This document shows positions 25,292 to 36,798 of a DNA stretch of 64,000 nt, one piece after another. Position 1 is the first letter of the stretch. Each line of letters opens with the position of its first letter. The stretch is from Vicugna vicugna. Taxonomy: Eukaryota. The notes under the pieces were generated by a model, which made no database searches, was not told where the DNA came from, and worked only from the letters and a program-made list of their open reading frames with translations. A program made the translations under genes and the position numbers. The stretch spans positions 124,001-188,000 of the forward strand of contig MU058444.1 of the NCBI GenBank assembly GCA_013265495.1, given 5' to 3'.

Positions 25292-25612
25292 TCTTAGTCT
25301 GCTCAGGCTGGGGCTCAGACCAGGTGGCTTAAACAACTTTTATTTATTTCTCATAGTTCTCGAGGCTGGGAAGTCCGAGGTCAGGGCTCCAGTGTGGTTG
25401 GATTCTGGGTGAAGGCCCTCTTCCTGCTTTACAGACGGCCACCTTCTCGTTTGGGTCCTCACGTGGCGGAGAAGGAGGGCTGACTCTTCCTTTTCTGACA
25501 AGGACACTAATCCCATGATGGGGCTCCACCCTCAGGATCTAATTACCTCCAAATACCATCACATTAGAGCTTCGATGTATGAATTTTGAGGGGACACATT
25601 CAGTCCATAACA
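25292..25612 (-). mobile_element. MLT1A-like LTR
   Basis: tcttagtctgctcaggctg...ggacactaatcccatgatgggg...cattcagtccataaca. Confidence 0.8.
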
Positions 25613-25643
25613 ACACAGCTGTATATATATGGATAACTATATA

Positions 25644-25911
25644 TAGGACTAGTTTTAGCATTTAGCTGGCATTTATTTAGTGATAAATATATATAGATCT
25701 ATCCATATATAAAATATAATAAAACATATATTTAAATTCACATATACACATCATTTGACAGAATACATGTAACCATATAAACATAAATACATTCTATCAA
25801 ATTACACATAATTATATATGTTAGTATTTAATGTTACATATTATACCTTATATATTATATATCATAAACACTAAATAAACTCTTACCAGCGAACTGCTAA
25901 AACTAGTCCTA
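25644..25911. repeat. Inverted repeat enclosing an AT-rich core (MITE-like, unclassified)
   Basis: Perfect 17-bp inverted repeat TAGGACTAGTTTTAGCA (25644-25660) / TGCTAAAACTAGTCCTA (25895-25911), extending imperfectly to ~40 bp. Confidence 0.75.
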
Positions 25912-27856
25912 ACCTGCTTTTGAAGATTTGGCAATTATAGAGAGAAAGTAATTTAATGGGGAAGTAACTGTAGAAATAGTATCAGTCTTCTGAGAAATTC
26001 AGAAATAAGTAAGTGAACGTGGAGTAAATTTTGGTTGGATAATTCCTTTCACCTGTGATGTTTCTTCGCGGTGTGGAATTCTTGGTTTGCAGCTAGTTTG
26101 GAGAAGCCCTGGTTGTCAGGGCTGGATATGTAACTATGTTCAGCTCTTCTCGGGGCGACGGAAAGTGCTTTGATTGTAGCAGACGCGGGGTAACCATTTA
26201 CTGATTAAATAAGTGAATGATACTGGGGTAGGAATCTAGCAAGCAGTAAGTCATGATGGTTTTGTTATTGCGTTCATTCATTCATTCACTCGTGTACTCA
26301 ACAAGAAGTCCTGATCCCCTGCTGTACACCAGGCACTGTTCTAGACACTGGACGTTCACAGCAGTGATCAAGGCAAAGTCCTCGCTCTGAAGGAACATTG
26401 TGGGAGCCCATGATTGGGTTAACAAATTGTAACAGACCCCAGCCACTTGTCTCCTTAAAGAAGAACAAATGTGTTTAGTAAATGCTTTGCAAGCAGGCGC
26501 CTGTGCGTCCTGTCTCCTAGCCGTAAAAAGCAGAGACAATGCCTTGCTTGCATAGTTGAGGTTTTAGATAACACTGCTGGTTGCAAAGGAACGACCCAGG
26601 CCCTCAGCTATAAATGCTGAGCGTGCCTGCTGTTAATAGTCTTTTATCCCCAAAACTAGGAACTGGCTGGTCTGGTGGTCCACTTTGTAATTAACATATC
26701 TAAAGAATGTACCTTGTCGCCCTCTCCTCATGTCTTCCCTAAAGATACACTAAGCCTTTGTAGTCACTGTGACTTCTACAGTCTCGATCCCACCCTGTCT
26801 TTCCCTAAATTCCCTGCATCCCGTCACACAACTTTTTAGTGATTTTTCCTTTGATCGTACACAAGAAATGTGGGAGCATTTGAGAGGCTCGTGGAGTTGG
26901 CTCCCGACACCCTCTTGCTCTCCTGACTTTTCCCACAGAGTCTCGACTAATTCATTCCATCTCAGTGGGACTTCTGCCGGCCAGAACCCACGGAACACGT
27001 TCTAAAAGGGGTGGCATCCCACCAACAAAGCAGGGAGAGAACACCCAGAAGTGGTCGCTGTGGCGTGGGGACGTGAGCCCAGCGAGAGCCGGCCCCGCAG
27101 GGGAGGGGCCCCCTGGCGGGCGCTGCAGGTGCAGAGTTGCAGCCAAGGCCAGGAGCGCGGTGCCGAAGCGCCGACAGGACAGGAGAGAAATACCCCAGCC
27201 ACTCTCTTCTGCCCTCTGACCTCTCTGACGCCTCTCATCGGACAAGCAGAACCTCTCGGCCCAAGAGTCTGAGTCCGGGTGACGCAGTCCCTGCGGGTCA
27301 GCCTCCCAGAGCACAGAGCAGGGCAGAGACAGAGCAGGATCAGAAGCCAAATGTTCTGAGCTCTACCCCATCTGAGCTCCTTGAGTGCAGCTCCAAGCTG
27401 GCTTTCCCTTTCTCTTCCCCACAGGACCCAGGGAACAGAACACTTGGCAAGAAGCAAATGCTTATTAATTTAATTGCTCCTTGTAGGATTGGCTCTGTCT
27501 GATCTCAGCGTGTGCTTCAGGCATCAGAGTCATCCCATGGGGACTCTGGCTCTTCTCTGTCCCTGGGGAAACATAGCATCTTGTTCACGATGGTTTTACA
27601 GCAGCCTGCTTGGTGCAAGTTCAAGACCAGTGAACATTTGCTAAACAAGGATTCTTTTTGCATTCAGAACTTTGTTACTCATATGCAGAATTGTGATAGA
27701 ATAAAACATTTCTCAACGTCCATCTCTGCAATAGATGGAAAGTTTCATAAAGGTTAAGGAAGAAGACTTAGGGGACAGACTACAACCATTTTAATTTCCT
27801 TCTCCCTCTCTCCCTAAGGGGGCCTCTCTTGCGATGGTGATTAAGAATTGATGCAT

Positions 27857-28181
27857 CAGGTGTGGAGAGATAAATTAGGAGTTTGGGACTAACAGATACA
27901 CACTACTGTATGTAAAGTAGATAAACAACAAGGACCTACTATACAGCACAGGGAACTATATTCAGTATCTTGTAATAACCTATAATAGAAAAGAATCTGA
28001 AAGAAAAGTCCATATATGTATAACTGAATCCCTTTGCTGTAAACCTGAAACTAACATTGTAAATCAACTATACTTCAATAACATTTTTTAAAAAGAAGTA
28101 TAAAATTACAAAAAGAATCTTAAAAAGAATGTAACTGAATCACTTTGCTGTACACCTGAAACTAACACAACAAGAGAAAAG
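27857..28181 (+). mobile_element. L1 3' end with duplicated terminal segment
   Basis: gataaacaacaaggacctactatacagcacagggaactatattc...; TSD AAGAAT(T/C)GATGCAT at 27843-27856 and 28182-28195. Confidence 0.85.
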
Positions 28182-28742
28182 AAGAATCGATGCATGTATT
28201 TCTTTCCTCTCGTAGGCTGTACATAATGTGTCCTCTTCCCCCCCAAAACCATCATAGACTGGGAACCTTCTTGTACAGCCGGAATGAGAGGAGTTTAGTC
28301 ACAGATGTATAATTTACAGTCAATATTGTCTCAGAAGAGGTAAAAATCAAGAAGAGGTTAGAGCATTCTAGAAACAGAGGGACAGGGAGACCCAGGGAGG
28401 GACAGGTGAGGGGGGCAATTCTGGTATTAGATGGGTTTCCATGAGATTTATGCAAATCCTCAACGTTTAGCAGAACACATGTCATGTGCGCTGTAGCCCT
28501 GTAGGGGCCCTGAACTGAGAAAAGGCTGCAGGCGTTGTCAGGGAAAGAGCAAGGGGTAAGAGGGGAGCTGAGTGCAGGCGAGGGGCTGGGGAGGCGAGCG
28601 CGGCTGTGGTGTGAGCAGGTGCCGAGGGGGCGTGCGAGGGGAGGCGGTTTGCCTGGGAAGCGCCTTGCTCAGTGGGCAAGCCGGGAGCGAGAGGAGAGCT
28701 GGGGCTTCCAAAACGTGATCATCCATTGTGCAGAGACACTGC

Positions 28743-29130
28743 TGTAGGGAAACTTTCCTTTTTCCTCCTGGGCTCATGGGAGGACTGCTTTCCCCAACTC
28801 CCTTGCGACTGGGTAGGACCACATGCCTACTTCTGGCCAAAGTGATGCAGTGAAGGGACATGAATCGCTTCCACACCTGACCCACCAAAGATACAGCCTG
28901 CTCGGTTTCCTCTTCTAATTGAGGGTAAAGGCGTCCCCAAGATGGAAAGAGAATTTCCGAACGTGGAGCCTGTGGTGAGGACCTAAATGGGAGCACAAGG
29001 TGAAGACAGCCAGGTGGAGGGCGAAGGTCCTCCGTTCGTATCACTGGACCGTCCCTCCTCTGGGTACATGCTGCGATGGGGGATGGGGCTGGAGGGGGAG
29101 AAATGTTTGGTACTGTCATCAAGGTCTTGC
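28743..29130 (+). mobile_element. Old MLT1-like LTR
   Basis: ccccaactcccttgcgactgggtaggaccacatgcctacttctggccaaagtgatg resembles MLT1 5' region. Confidence 0.5.
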
Positions 29131-30459
29131 TTCTTCCCCTTTGGTATGTCACCCCTTCTGGGCTAAATAATGGTCATTTAAAAGGACTATCTTTTTGAAG
29201 ATTGCAGTCAATTTACAGCTGTGATGGAGCATCAAGGCGAAGTCTGAATGGGAGATTCTCCAGGATGAGTCAGGCGTTTCCCTGAGAGGGATGAGGGAAG
29301 AAGCCACCTGGGGTCTTCAGACTAATCAGAAGCTGCTGTGTCCGTCCAGAGGCTCAGTGGAAGCACCACTCCCTAAGGAGCAGGTCTGGTCTGAAGCTGG
29401 GTGGAAGGTTGGTGTTACATGGGGAGTAATGCATTCCACACCTACATTCACCGACTGACTGTGAATGTGGCCAGGAGGGAAAGCAAAGAGGCCAACCGAG
29501 CAGGGTGTTTCCAGGGGCCGCAGATCGGATCTCCTCTCTCCCTCAAGGCCTGTTCCCTGTCCTGAAGTGGACCTTCTCCTGTGCTTCCACACCACCTTGA
29601 TGGGAGGGAAGCCGGCAGTTGGGTTTGAAGATCTTTTCACCTCTAGTCTTTCTCCCAAGCTTACCAAGTACAGCATGTGCAAAATGGTTATTCCTTAGAC
29701 ACACAAAGGCATTACTTCAGTGTCATGAAATAATTCCACGTGTGTCGTGAACTAGATCGCTGCTATGTGAATGCAGGAGGGAATGTAACCCCAAAGGGAA
29801 GTTCAAAGAAAACCTGAAGGAACTCTAGGGCCCCTGAATCAGATCCTCAAAACTGGGCTTTTGTTTCTGTTTGGAGGCCAATCCAATCTCTTTATGTGGT
29901 CATGTGGCTTGGAGACGTTTAAGAAAAAGTATCACTGACATTTAGAATTTTCTAGAAATAATGAAGATGGCCTCAAGTGACTAACTCAGTCCAGAGGCTC
30001 AGCATCGCAGGCTGGCTACATTTCATTTGCTCATTTGGACGCTGAGGTGGAAGAGGGAGACCGTGAGGGTTGGTCTGTACAGCAACACAGTTTCAGGTTC
30101 TAAAAAGTGGTTTCATGGCAAACGATGACCCCGACTCTGTACCAGGTTGGCTGTGGTCAGGGTGGAACCAAGATCAGAGACCACACCTGATCTACACGCC
30201 TTCTCTGTCATCAGGACCGAGAGGCAGAACGAGGCTTTTGTCTGAGTTACAAAGCAAGTCACTATGGATGTTTTATACTTTTTTTCCCATTAATCTTCAA
30301 GTTATTAGAACAGCTTTTCAATTATTTGTCATTTCTTTTTTTGTTGGGTTTTGTTGAGGTGAGTCATCATGAAAACTCAATAGAGAGGGAAAAAAAGCCC
30401 GCGAACCCCACCCCACCAACCATCCCAGAAAAGACACTTCAGAACTGCCCACATTCGAT

Positions 30460-33400
30460 CCCTAAGTCCTTCCTGAATACAGCTTTATTGATGGTGAGGA
30501 GGTTACAAACACGACATTTCTTTTAGTTTGTTGTTGCTTCCGTAGTGCAAGAATGTTTAAAGCAACCAAAGAACTAGCCAAAATTTGCTGAATAAATACG
30601 GAGATTTTTAAGGAGTATTCAAGACAGGGATTTTCTTTCAAATACCCCGAGAGGGACATTTAAGTGGTCTTTACCCTCGGAATGTGCTGGAGGGTACATC
30701 GTGAATATTTGAGAATCTTTAGTTCTCATAATTACCATGGAGGAGTGTTCAGGAACCTAGCTGTTGTTTTTGAAGTAAGAGAAGAAATACTGAAAAATCA
30801 GTCGTTTGAATGCCGCCATGTGCTAGAGAGACTGTCCATCAGTTACTGGGGTAGATGGGGTCGTAGCTCCTTCAGAGAAGACTCGTTCGGAGGAGAATTC
30901 AGAAGCATCATCAGAGTAGATTACATAAATTCATTTCTTTGTAACTCGGGGAAAATAGTAATTAAATGAAATGATTTTTTACTTAGTCACTCGGATGAAT
31001 TCTGAAGATATTTGGCCAGGAGAACCAGCCAAAAAAAAAAAAAATGAACCTATCAAAACTTACATATTTCCAGGCAAACCTCTATTTACACACCTGTTTG
31101 TACAATGCACTTCCTATAACTGCTGCTCTGCCTTAGATTACAGTACCATCCAGCACATCCTCACATCCTTATTGCCTCAGTCATACCTGCTCGCTCATAA
31201 CACCCGGCTGCCATCTGATCCTTGTTTAGAATTATATTCATCTGCACCAGCAATGACCTTCGATTCATAACCATTCTTACAACATAGGAAGTAAAACTAA
31301 AACGCTACCAGCGCCACTAAAAGCAACTAGTTAGTGCATTAGGGATGATAACTTGGCACCAAGAGCCTAACTGAAAACGGACAGACTACATGATAGTCCG
31401 GCTACCTGGACACTTTCACACCAGGTCTCTGGCCCTTTCAGAGAAAAAGAGCTTGAGTTTTATTATTCTGCTGGGTCACATGTTATTTCTTGGATACGCT
31501 GAACCTGTATTTTTATTTAATCACAGGACTCTGGTCTTACAAAAATAACAAGCCCTTTTCTTTGAGAAAAATACAAGGAGGTACAGGGTTGGATCCTAAG
31601 ACTTGGGACTGTGACTGAATGTAAACTTAAAACGTAATAAAAAAACGAAGTAAGTTTTTTCAGCTGGAAAACATGGAGAAATCGCCACGTTTTCCAGGAA
31701 CAACTGCTTCAACAGCGGGGTCAAAGAGTGCATTTCACTTCCTTGTGGAAGATTACAGACGTGACTTTGATTCCGGATCTTTTCATGTCTTTCAGTTATT
31801 TGTGCAGGATGTTCCAGGATGAAAATCTTTCACCAACCCTTAGGTTCCATGATCCCTACCAATCTGTCATTTGAGAAATTCTGAAATTCCAAATTCATGT
31901 TGGTCTTGGTTTATTGACCTAACTGTTGAAGCAGGAGATGTAACAGCAGTGCTCCCGGGAACCTGGGTAGCCCAGATATTTGCTCTGAGACTTCAGATAA
32001 CCCATGTAGAACATACAGTAAACGGTCATTTCGAATGATTTACCTAGATCTAACACATCTCCAGGTTCACCTCCAGAAAGCCGCTGCCAAGTTTTTGCAC
32101 ACCGTATTTTAGCAAACTCTGATGGATGAAAAATTCTCTCATTTCAGCATCGTTCCTCCTTCGTCCATGATAAAATGTAACAACGGATGAATTTTTATTT
32201 CATTCCAGCCTTAGGTCCTCTACTTCACAAGACTTCTAGGATCTCAACGGGAGACGCAGCTATGGGTGAGCATCAAGAAATTATGTCTATCTGCCCACGT
32301 ATGATCAGTAACCCATAATACATCACTTTTTTTCTCTTGCAATTAACAATATGCTATCGGCTTCTCAATTGTATGAAAATATGTATTTGTACCAGACTAA
32401 AAGATGTCACGATCACCCTCACGTAGGCTTTGGAAGTCGTGGCCAAAATAACTTATTAAAAACGAGAAGTTAATTTTACTGGTGGTGCTGCAGGGAGAAA
32501 GTCTACGTTAGGTCGTACATTGGTGACTTGAGAGCTCAGTGATGTAACTTGCTCCACAAACTAGTTTCTCATGCAGCTTTATTTTTCGGCCTGGGCCAAT
32601 AAAGAATCAAGAAACAGATCTGCTCTGCACTTGGAGAGGCTCCTCATGCCTTGCATGGGGTGAGGAACCAGCCCAGAGGTTTTACATTAATAACGTCTTG
32701 TTCTCAACCCACAGTGTTCTAGCCTTTCCCTGGGTGTTACCATTAAATACCCAGAGATAGAACTTTTCATAAGGGGCAATGATATAAAATTGTTCCACAA
32801 AGTGTACTATATGAACCACTTTTCACAGTTCAAATGAAATATTTTAAATATAAATATTGTAACTCCAGCAATGACCTATCTATACAAGGTGGGAGAGGAT
32901 GGGATGAATGAAAACCCAGTTATATTGCCACAGGTCTCATCTGTAACCATTTAAATAGTTGGTTTTTCAAAATCTGCTTGCACATAACCCATGATTATAG
33001 GCCCTTCCTCTCCAAAACAAATAAACTATCAAAGAATAAAAAGATAAATTATAAGAAAGGAAAATATGTATAATTTACTACCATCAATCACTCCCCTTGC
33101 TCAAAAACTTGGCAAACATACAGGAAAAAGGATATAGAGTGGATACACTTTAATTTGCAAAGCTAATTGGGAGCAGATGAAATTTAAAAATATATAATAG
33201 AATGGGTATATATGATCCTAACATTTATGTGTGAAATGAATGTGTTAGGTTTTTTGATTAAGAAATCAGGACTGATATGAAATGGTAAACAATAACATTT
33301 ATCAACAGGAGACCCCATTCACAGCGCTATTGCCAAATCCAAGAATTCCCAAATGTTACCTTCGTCCTCACCCCTCAATGAGTGGAAGAAATCAAACGAT

Positions 33401-34348
33401 TATTATGGGTTGCACAGCCTTCAGTCCACATAAGCTTTAAGTTAATGCTCCTCAAGGCCATAGTTTTATTTGGTGTTCTTCTGGGGGTTTTACATGAAGG
33501 TCAAGGTTGCCCTTAACCATTTGGTGTAGTTTTTAGGGTGAGGGTAATATTTGCAATTCCTTTCATAGGGGACCAAGATAAAGTGCAAATACTTCTAGGA
33601 TAAATAACAAAATGATTTAAATTACACTATAAATTAAATGACTGATGTCAGTTCCTTCTTTGAGAACAGGATTTTATGATAGGAAATACTTTTGGGGCCT
33701 GAGGCACGGAAGAGGAGGGAGTCACCCCGAAACCAAAGCGTCAGCTTGTCAGCCCCGGGGTGGAATCCCCGTCACTTTCCAGTCAGACTTTGTCTTAAGC
33801 TTTACGACTTTTTCATGGGACGCCTTTCAGAATCCTTTACTCAGGCGTAGGGTACAGAAGAAACTGCACTGAAACGCAGAATTAAATCTTAAGTCCTTAT
33901 GGATGCAGACAGATTTCCATTCAAAAATAAAGCCTATAAAGGAATATTTCAAACTTCCTTAAAAAAAGAGGAAAATAAACTGTACGTGAAATCTCTTACT
34001 CACATAAGCTTCGTGTGGACTAAAGTGTAGCAGCACAATCTCAGATGTGGGTGGAACCGCTCTACCGCTGGGAAAGATGCCCTTATGGAAGCGCCTACCG
34101 CGAATTCTGTCTGCCACCCAGTGGCCGCCGAGATAAATGGCTTCTTCCCTTTGTTGGCTATGGCCCTGTATTTTGCTTAAAAAAAAAAAAAAATCGACAG
34201 AGGTAGATGATGCCAGACCAGCAACTGAAACCCATCAAGACAGAGGCCTCGATGGATCTGAAGACGCCACTGTAGTAAATGTTACATATCTTCCTTTCCG
34301 CTAGCCCACAGGGGCGCCCCGACGCGCAGCTGCACCCCCGGCCCGGGT
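30460..34348 (-). other. KLHL31: Probable long 3' UTR of KLHL31
   Basis: Largely repeat-free AT-rich stretch directly after the stop, ending at the best-context polyA signal. The 3' end is inferred and several internal AATAAA hexamers also exist. Confidence 0.55.
30484..30489 (-). terminator. Candidate polyadenylation signal (AATAAA) of KLHL31
   Basis: Plus-strand tttatt. On the minus strand there is TGTA just upstream (~30503-30506) and a G/T-rich downstream element (ttttctgggatggttggtggggtggggttc, ~30403-30432). Confidence 0.5.
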
Positions 34349-35240
34349 TCAGATGCTGACGGGCACGGAGGACACCGAGCTGGCGCGGGACTCCCGGGTC
34401 ACGTGGTTGGGCATGGCGAGGGTGCAGCACGACACGCCCACGGTGGCCTCGGGCAGCTCGTCGTCCTCCGTCCACTCGTTGAGCTCGGGGTGGAAGCACT
34501 GGACGCACTTCTTGTACTTCCTCTCGCCCTCGTTCCAGCCGCCGACCAGGTAGGCGCGGCCGTGCAGGGCCGAGGCGCCGGCCGTGCTCACGCCCGCGGG
34601 CAGCGGCGCGGCGTAGCTCCACTGGCCGGCGGCCGGGCTGAAGCTCTCCACCGTCAGCACGTCCACGCGCTCGCCGCGCGGCCCCAGCTGGCTGCCGCCC
34701 ATCACGTACACGCGCTCGGCCAGCGCCACCGCGCAGTGCCAGCCCCGCGGCGTGCTCAGCGGCGGCAGCTCCTGCCACGCGTCGCGGGCCGGGTCGTAGG
34801 CGCACACGGAGCGCGAGTACGCGCCGCCGATGTAGCCGCCGGTCACCAGCACGCGGCCGTCCGCCACCGCGCTGGCGTGGCAGCAGCGCGCCACCTCCAG
34901 GGGCGTCTTGGGCTGCCACTGGTTGGTGGCGGGCACGTAGCACTCGAGCGAGGCCAGGCTGCCCTCGGCGTTGCGGCCGCCCACGGCGTAGAGGAGCCCG
35001 TTGAAGACGCTCAGGCTGAAGTGCGTGCGCTTCTGGGTCATGCCGGCCAGGTGGATCCAGGTGTTGAAGCGGGGATCGTACCTGGAAGTGGCAGAGGAAG
35101 CGTGACAGCCTCGGGGGCGGTAGCGGGGGAACCCACGTGATGCCCCCAACCGGAACGTGGGCGTCTCCGCAGTCTCCCTGCGAGGAGGCCGGGACCCGGC
35201 GCAGCTTCTCACCTGGAGCCTGCGGATTCGCCCTCAACCA
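34300..35240. promoter_or_regulatory. Intragenic CpG island over last KLHL31 coding exon
   Basis: Very high GC and CpG density, with abrupt boundaries against the AT-rich 3' UTR and intron. Confidence 0.85.
34349..35081 (-). CDS. KLHL31: Kelch-like protein 31, last coding exon (remaining Kelch repeats and C-terminus)
   Basis: Acceptor cttccAG at 35083-35082. The split codon AG+G (Arg) joins ...NFCR to YDPRFNTW... Typical Kelch GG/Y/W repeats, ending ...[10 protein letters not shown] with TGA at 34351-34349. 1172+733=1905 nt, 634 aa. Confidence 0.97.
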
Positions 35241-36459
35241 GGAAAAACGTGTTGGGAAAGGCCAGGCAGGCCTGGGTGACTCCCCCTCCTCCCGTTTATA
35301 AAACCCCTTCCTTGATCAGGCCACTTGGAGACCATCCCACAGAGACCGCCCTCCAGTCCCCTTTTCCTCCATATTCCGCTATCCAGCGTCCCGTAGGATT
35401 TAGGGGATGCGCACGTGGGGGAGGGGTGGAAGCCATTGGTGGAATCAGAGAAGGGAGCACGGCCACATTAGTCTATTTCACAAATCTTCAAACACCAACT
35501 ACCCCCAGCTCATTCTCACAGCTTAATTAAGATAAAAGTTGGCTAACTGGATTTCTCCATTTCTCAGAAACCCTTTCTGTTCATACACTTAGGGCCATTG
35601 CAACAGAAAAGCTAAGTCACTGAGTCTTCTATCATCTGTTTAGAGTGAGAGCAATAGGACTCATGTCCAAAGGCATCAACAAAGCCTTAACTTTTGATGT
35701 TTCTCTATTTTCTGGCACTTAGTAGCTGCGATTTCTTTAGTTTAGGGATGTATTTTTTTTCAGTGTTCAACATTACAGTTATTGTACCGTAAGCACTGAA
35801 GTTAACACTGCAAAAAAGGTGGCTTGAGTACTAACAGTTGAGTTATCAGCAGGCGGACAGTAAGCACTCATTGTAAACTAATGCTTTCCTGTTTCTATAG
35901 TTCCGAGTATTGTAAACACAGAACAGACTGTTTGATGGTCATTCATGTTTTGGTCTCATTTGACCTCCACATCAAAATTTAACCATAGTTATAAGTTAAA
36001 GGCTAAAAATCAATTAATTGTTTGGATTCATTTAAATGATACACATACATATAATTTTTAATGATTTACTATGCAAAGTTTCAGATCTTGCTCATAAGTT
36101 ATGTTTGATTTTGTGCTACTACCAAAATAGAAACATAACTTTCTGATCATTTTATGTTTTTGGAGGTTTAATTTTTTATTGTAATATACAAAAATTACAT
36201 GCATTTGAATTCCATTTTCTGCAGAATTTATTATGCTTTTAGTCTTTTTGAATGCATCAAAAATAGGAATGGGATTCAGTTTTAAATAAATGTTTTAAAT
36301 TAATTTAGCTGTCACATTTTTAATGATCTTATTCTGTTTGCCAGTTATGAGTCTGACAGTCATCAGTAGCTGTCACTTAAAAAAAAAACTTTGCATCATT
36401 TAAATCTTTCTTACTACTTAGTGGTAAAAACTAAATTTGCACCCAGTTTCTTTCAAAAA

Positions 36460-36690
36460 GGCAGTGGTATTGTGAAGAGCACCCTGACTAGAAATGATGA
36501 AATGTGAATTCTACTTTCTAGTGGTGTAACTTCTCTGGGTGTCAGATTTCTCACATGTAAAATCAGAATCACCATACCTTCCCTACTCACTTCATAGGCT
36601 TATTCAGGAATGTAGAGTGCATAATATATGTGAATGCACTTGGTATAATGTGAAGTGCTCTGTATATGTAATGTGGCATTATTTTTATTG
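36460..36690 (+). mobile_element. MIR SINE in the last KLHL31 intron
   Basis: taacttctctgggtgtcagatttctcacatgtaaaat core. Confidence 0.65.
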
Positions 36691-36798
36691 ATTTACTAAG
36701 CCAGTGAACTAAGCTAATAGACATTGTTAATTTACTTCTATGTCAGGGCAATGTCCATAATATAGAACCATTTCCATTCCTAATAAAAGAGCCAGTAC

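Noticed and set aside
35082..35212. N-terminal extension of the 287-aa ORF
   Set aside because: Intronic sequence upstream of the acceptor at 35083-35082; Kelch similarity starts only at YDPRFN.
34158..35237. 359-aa minus-strand alternative-frame ORF and 245-aa plus-strand ORF (34403-35140) overlapping the last KLHL31 exon
   Set aside because: Stop-free shadow frames are expected when GC3 is ~100%. The products are low-complexity Arg/Ala/Gly-rich and start at non-ATG codons.
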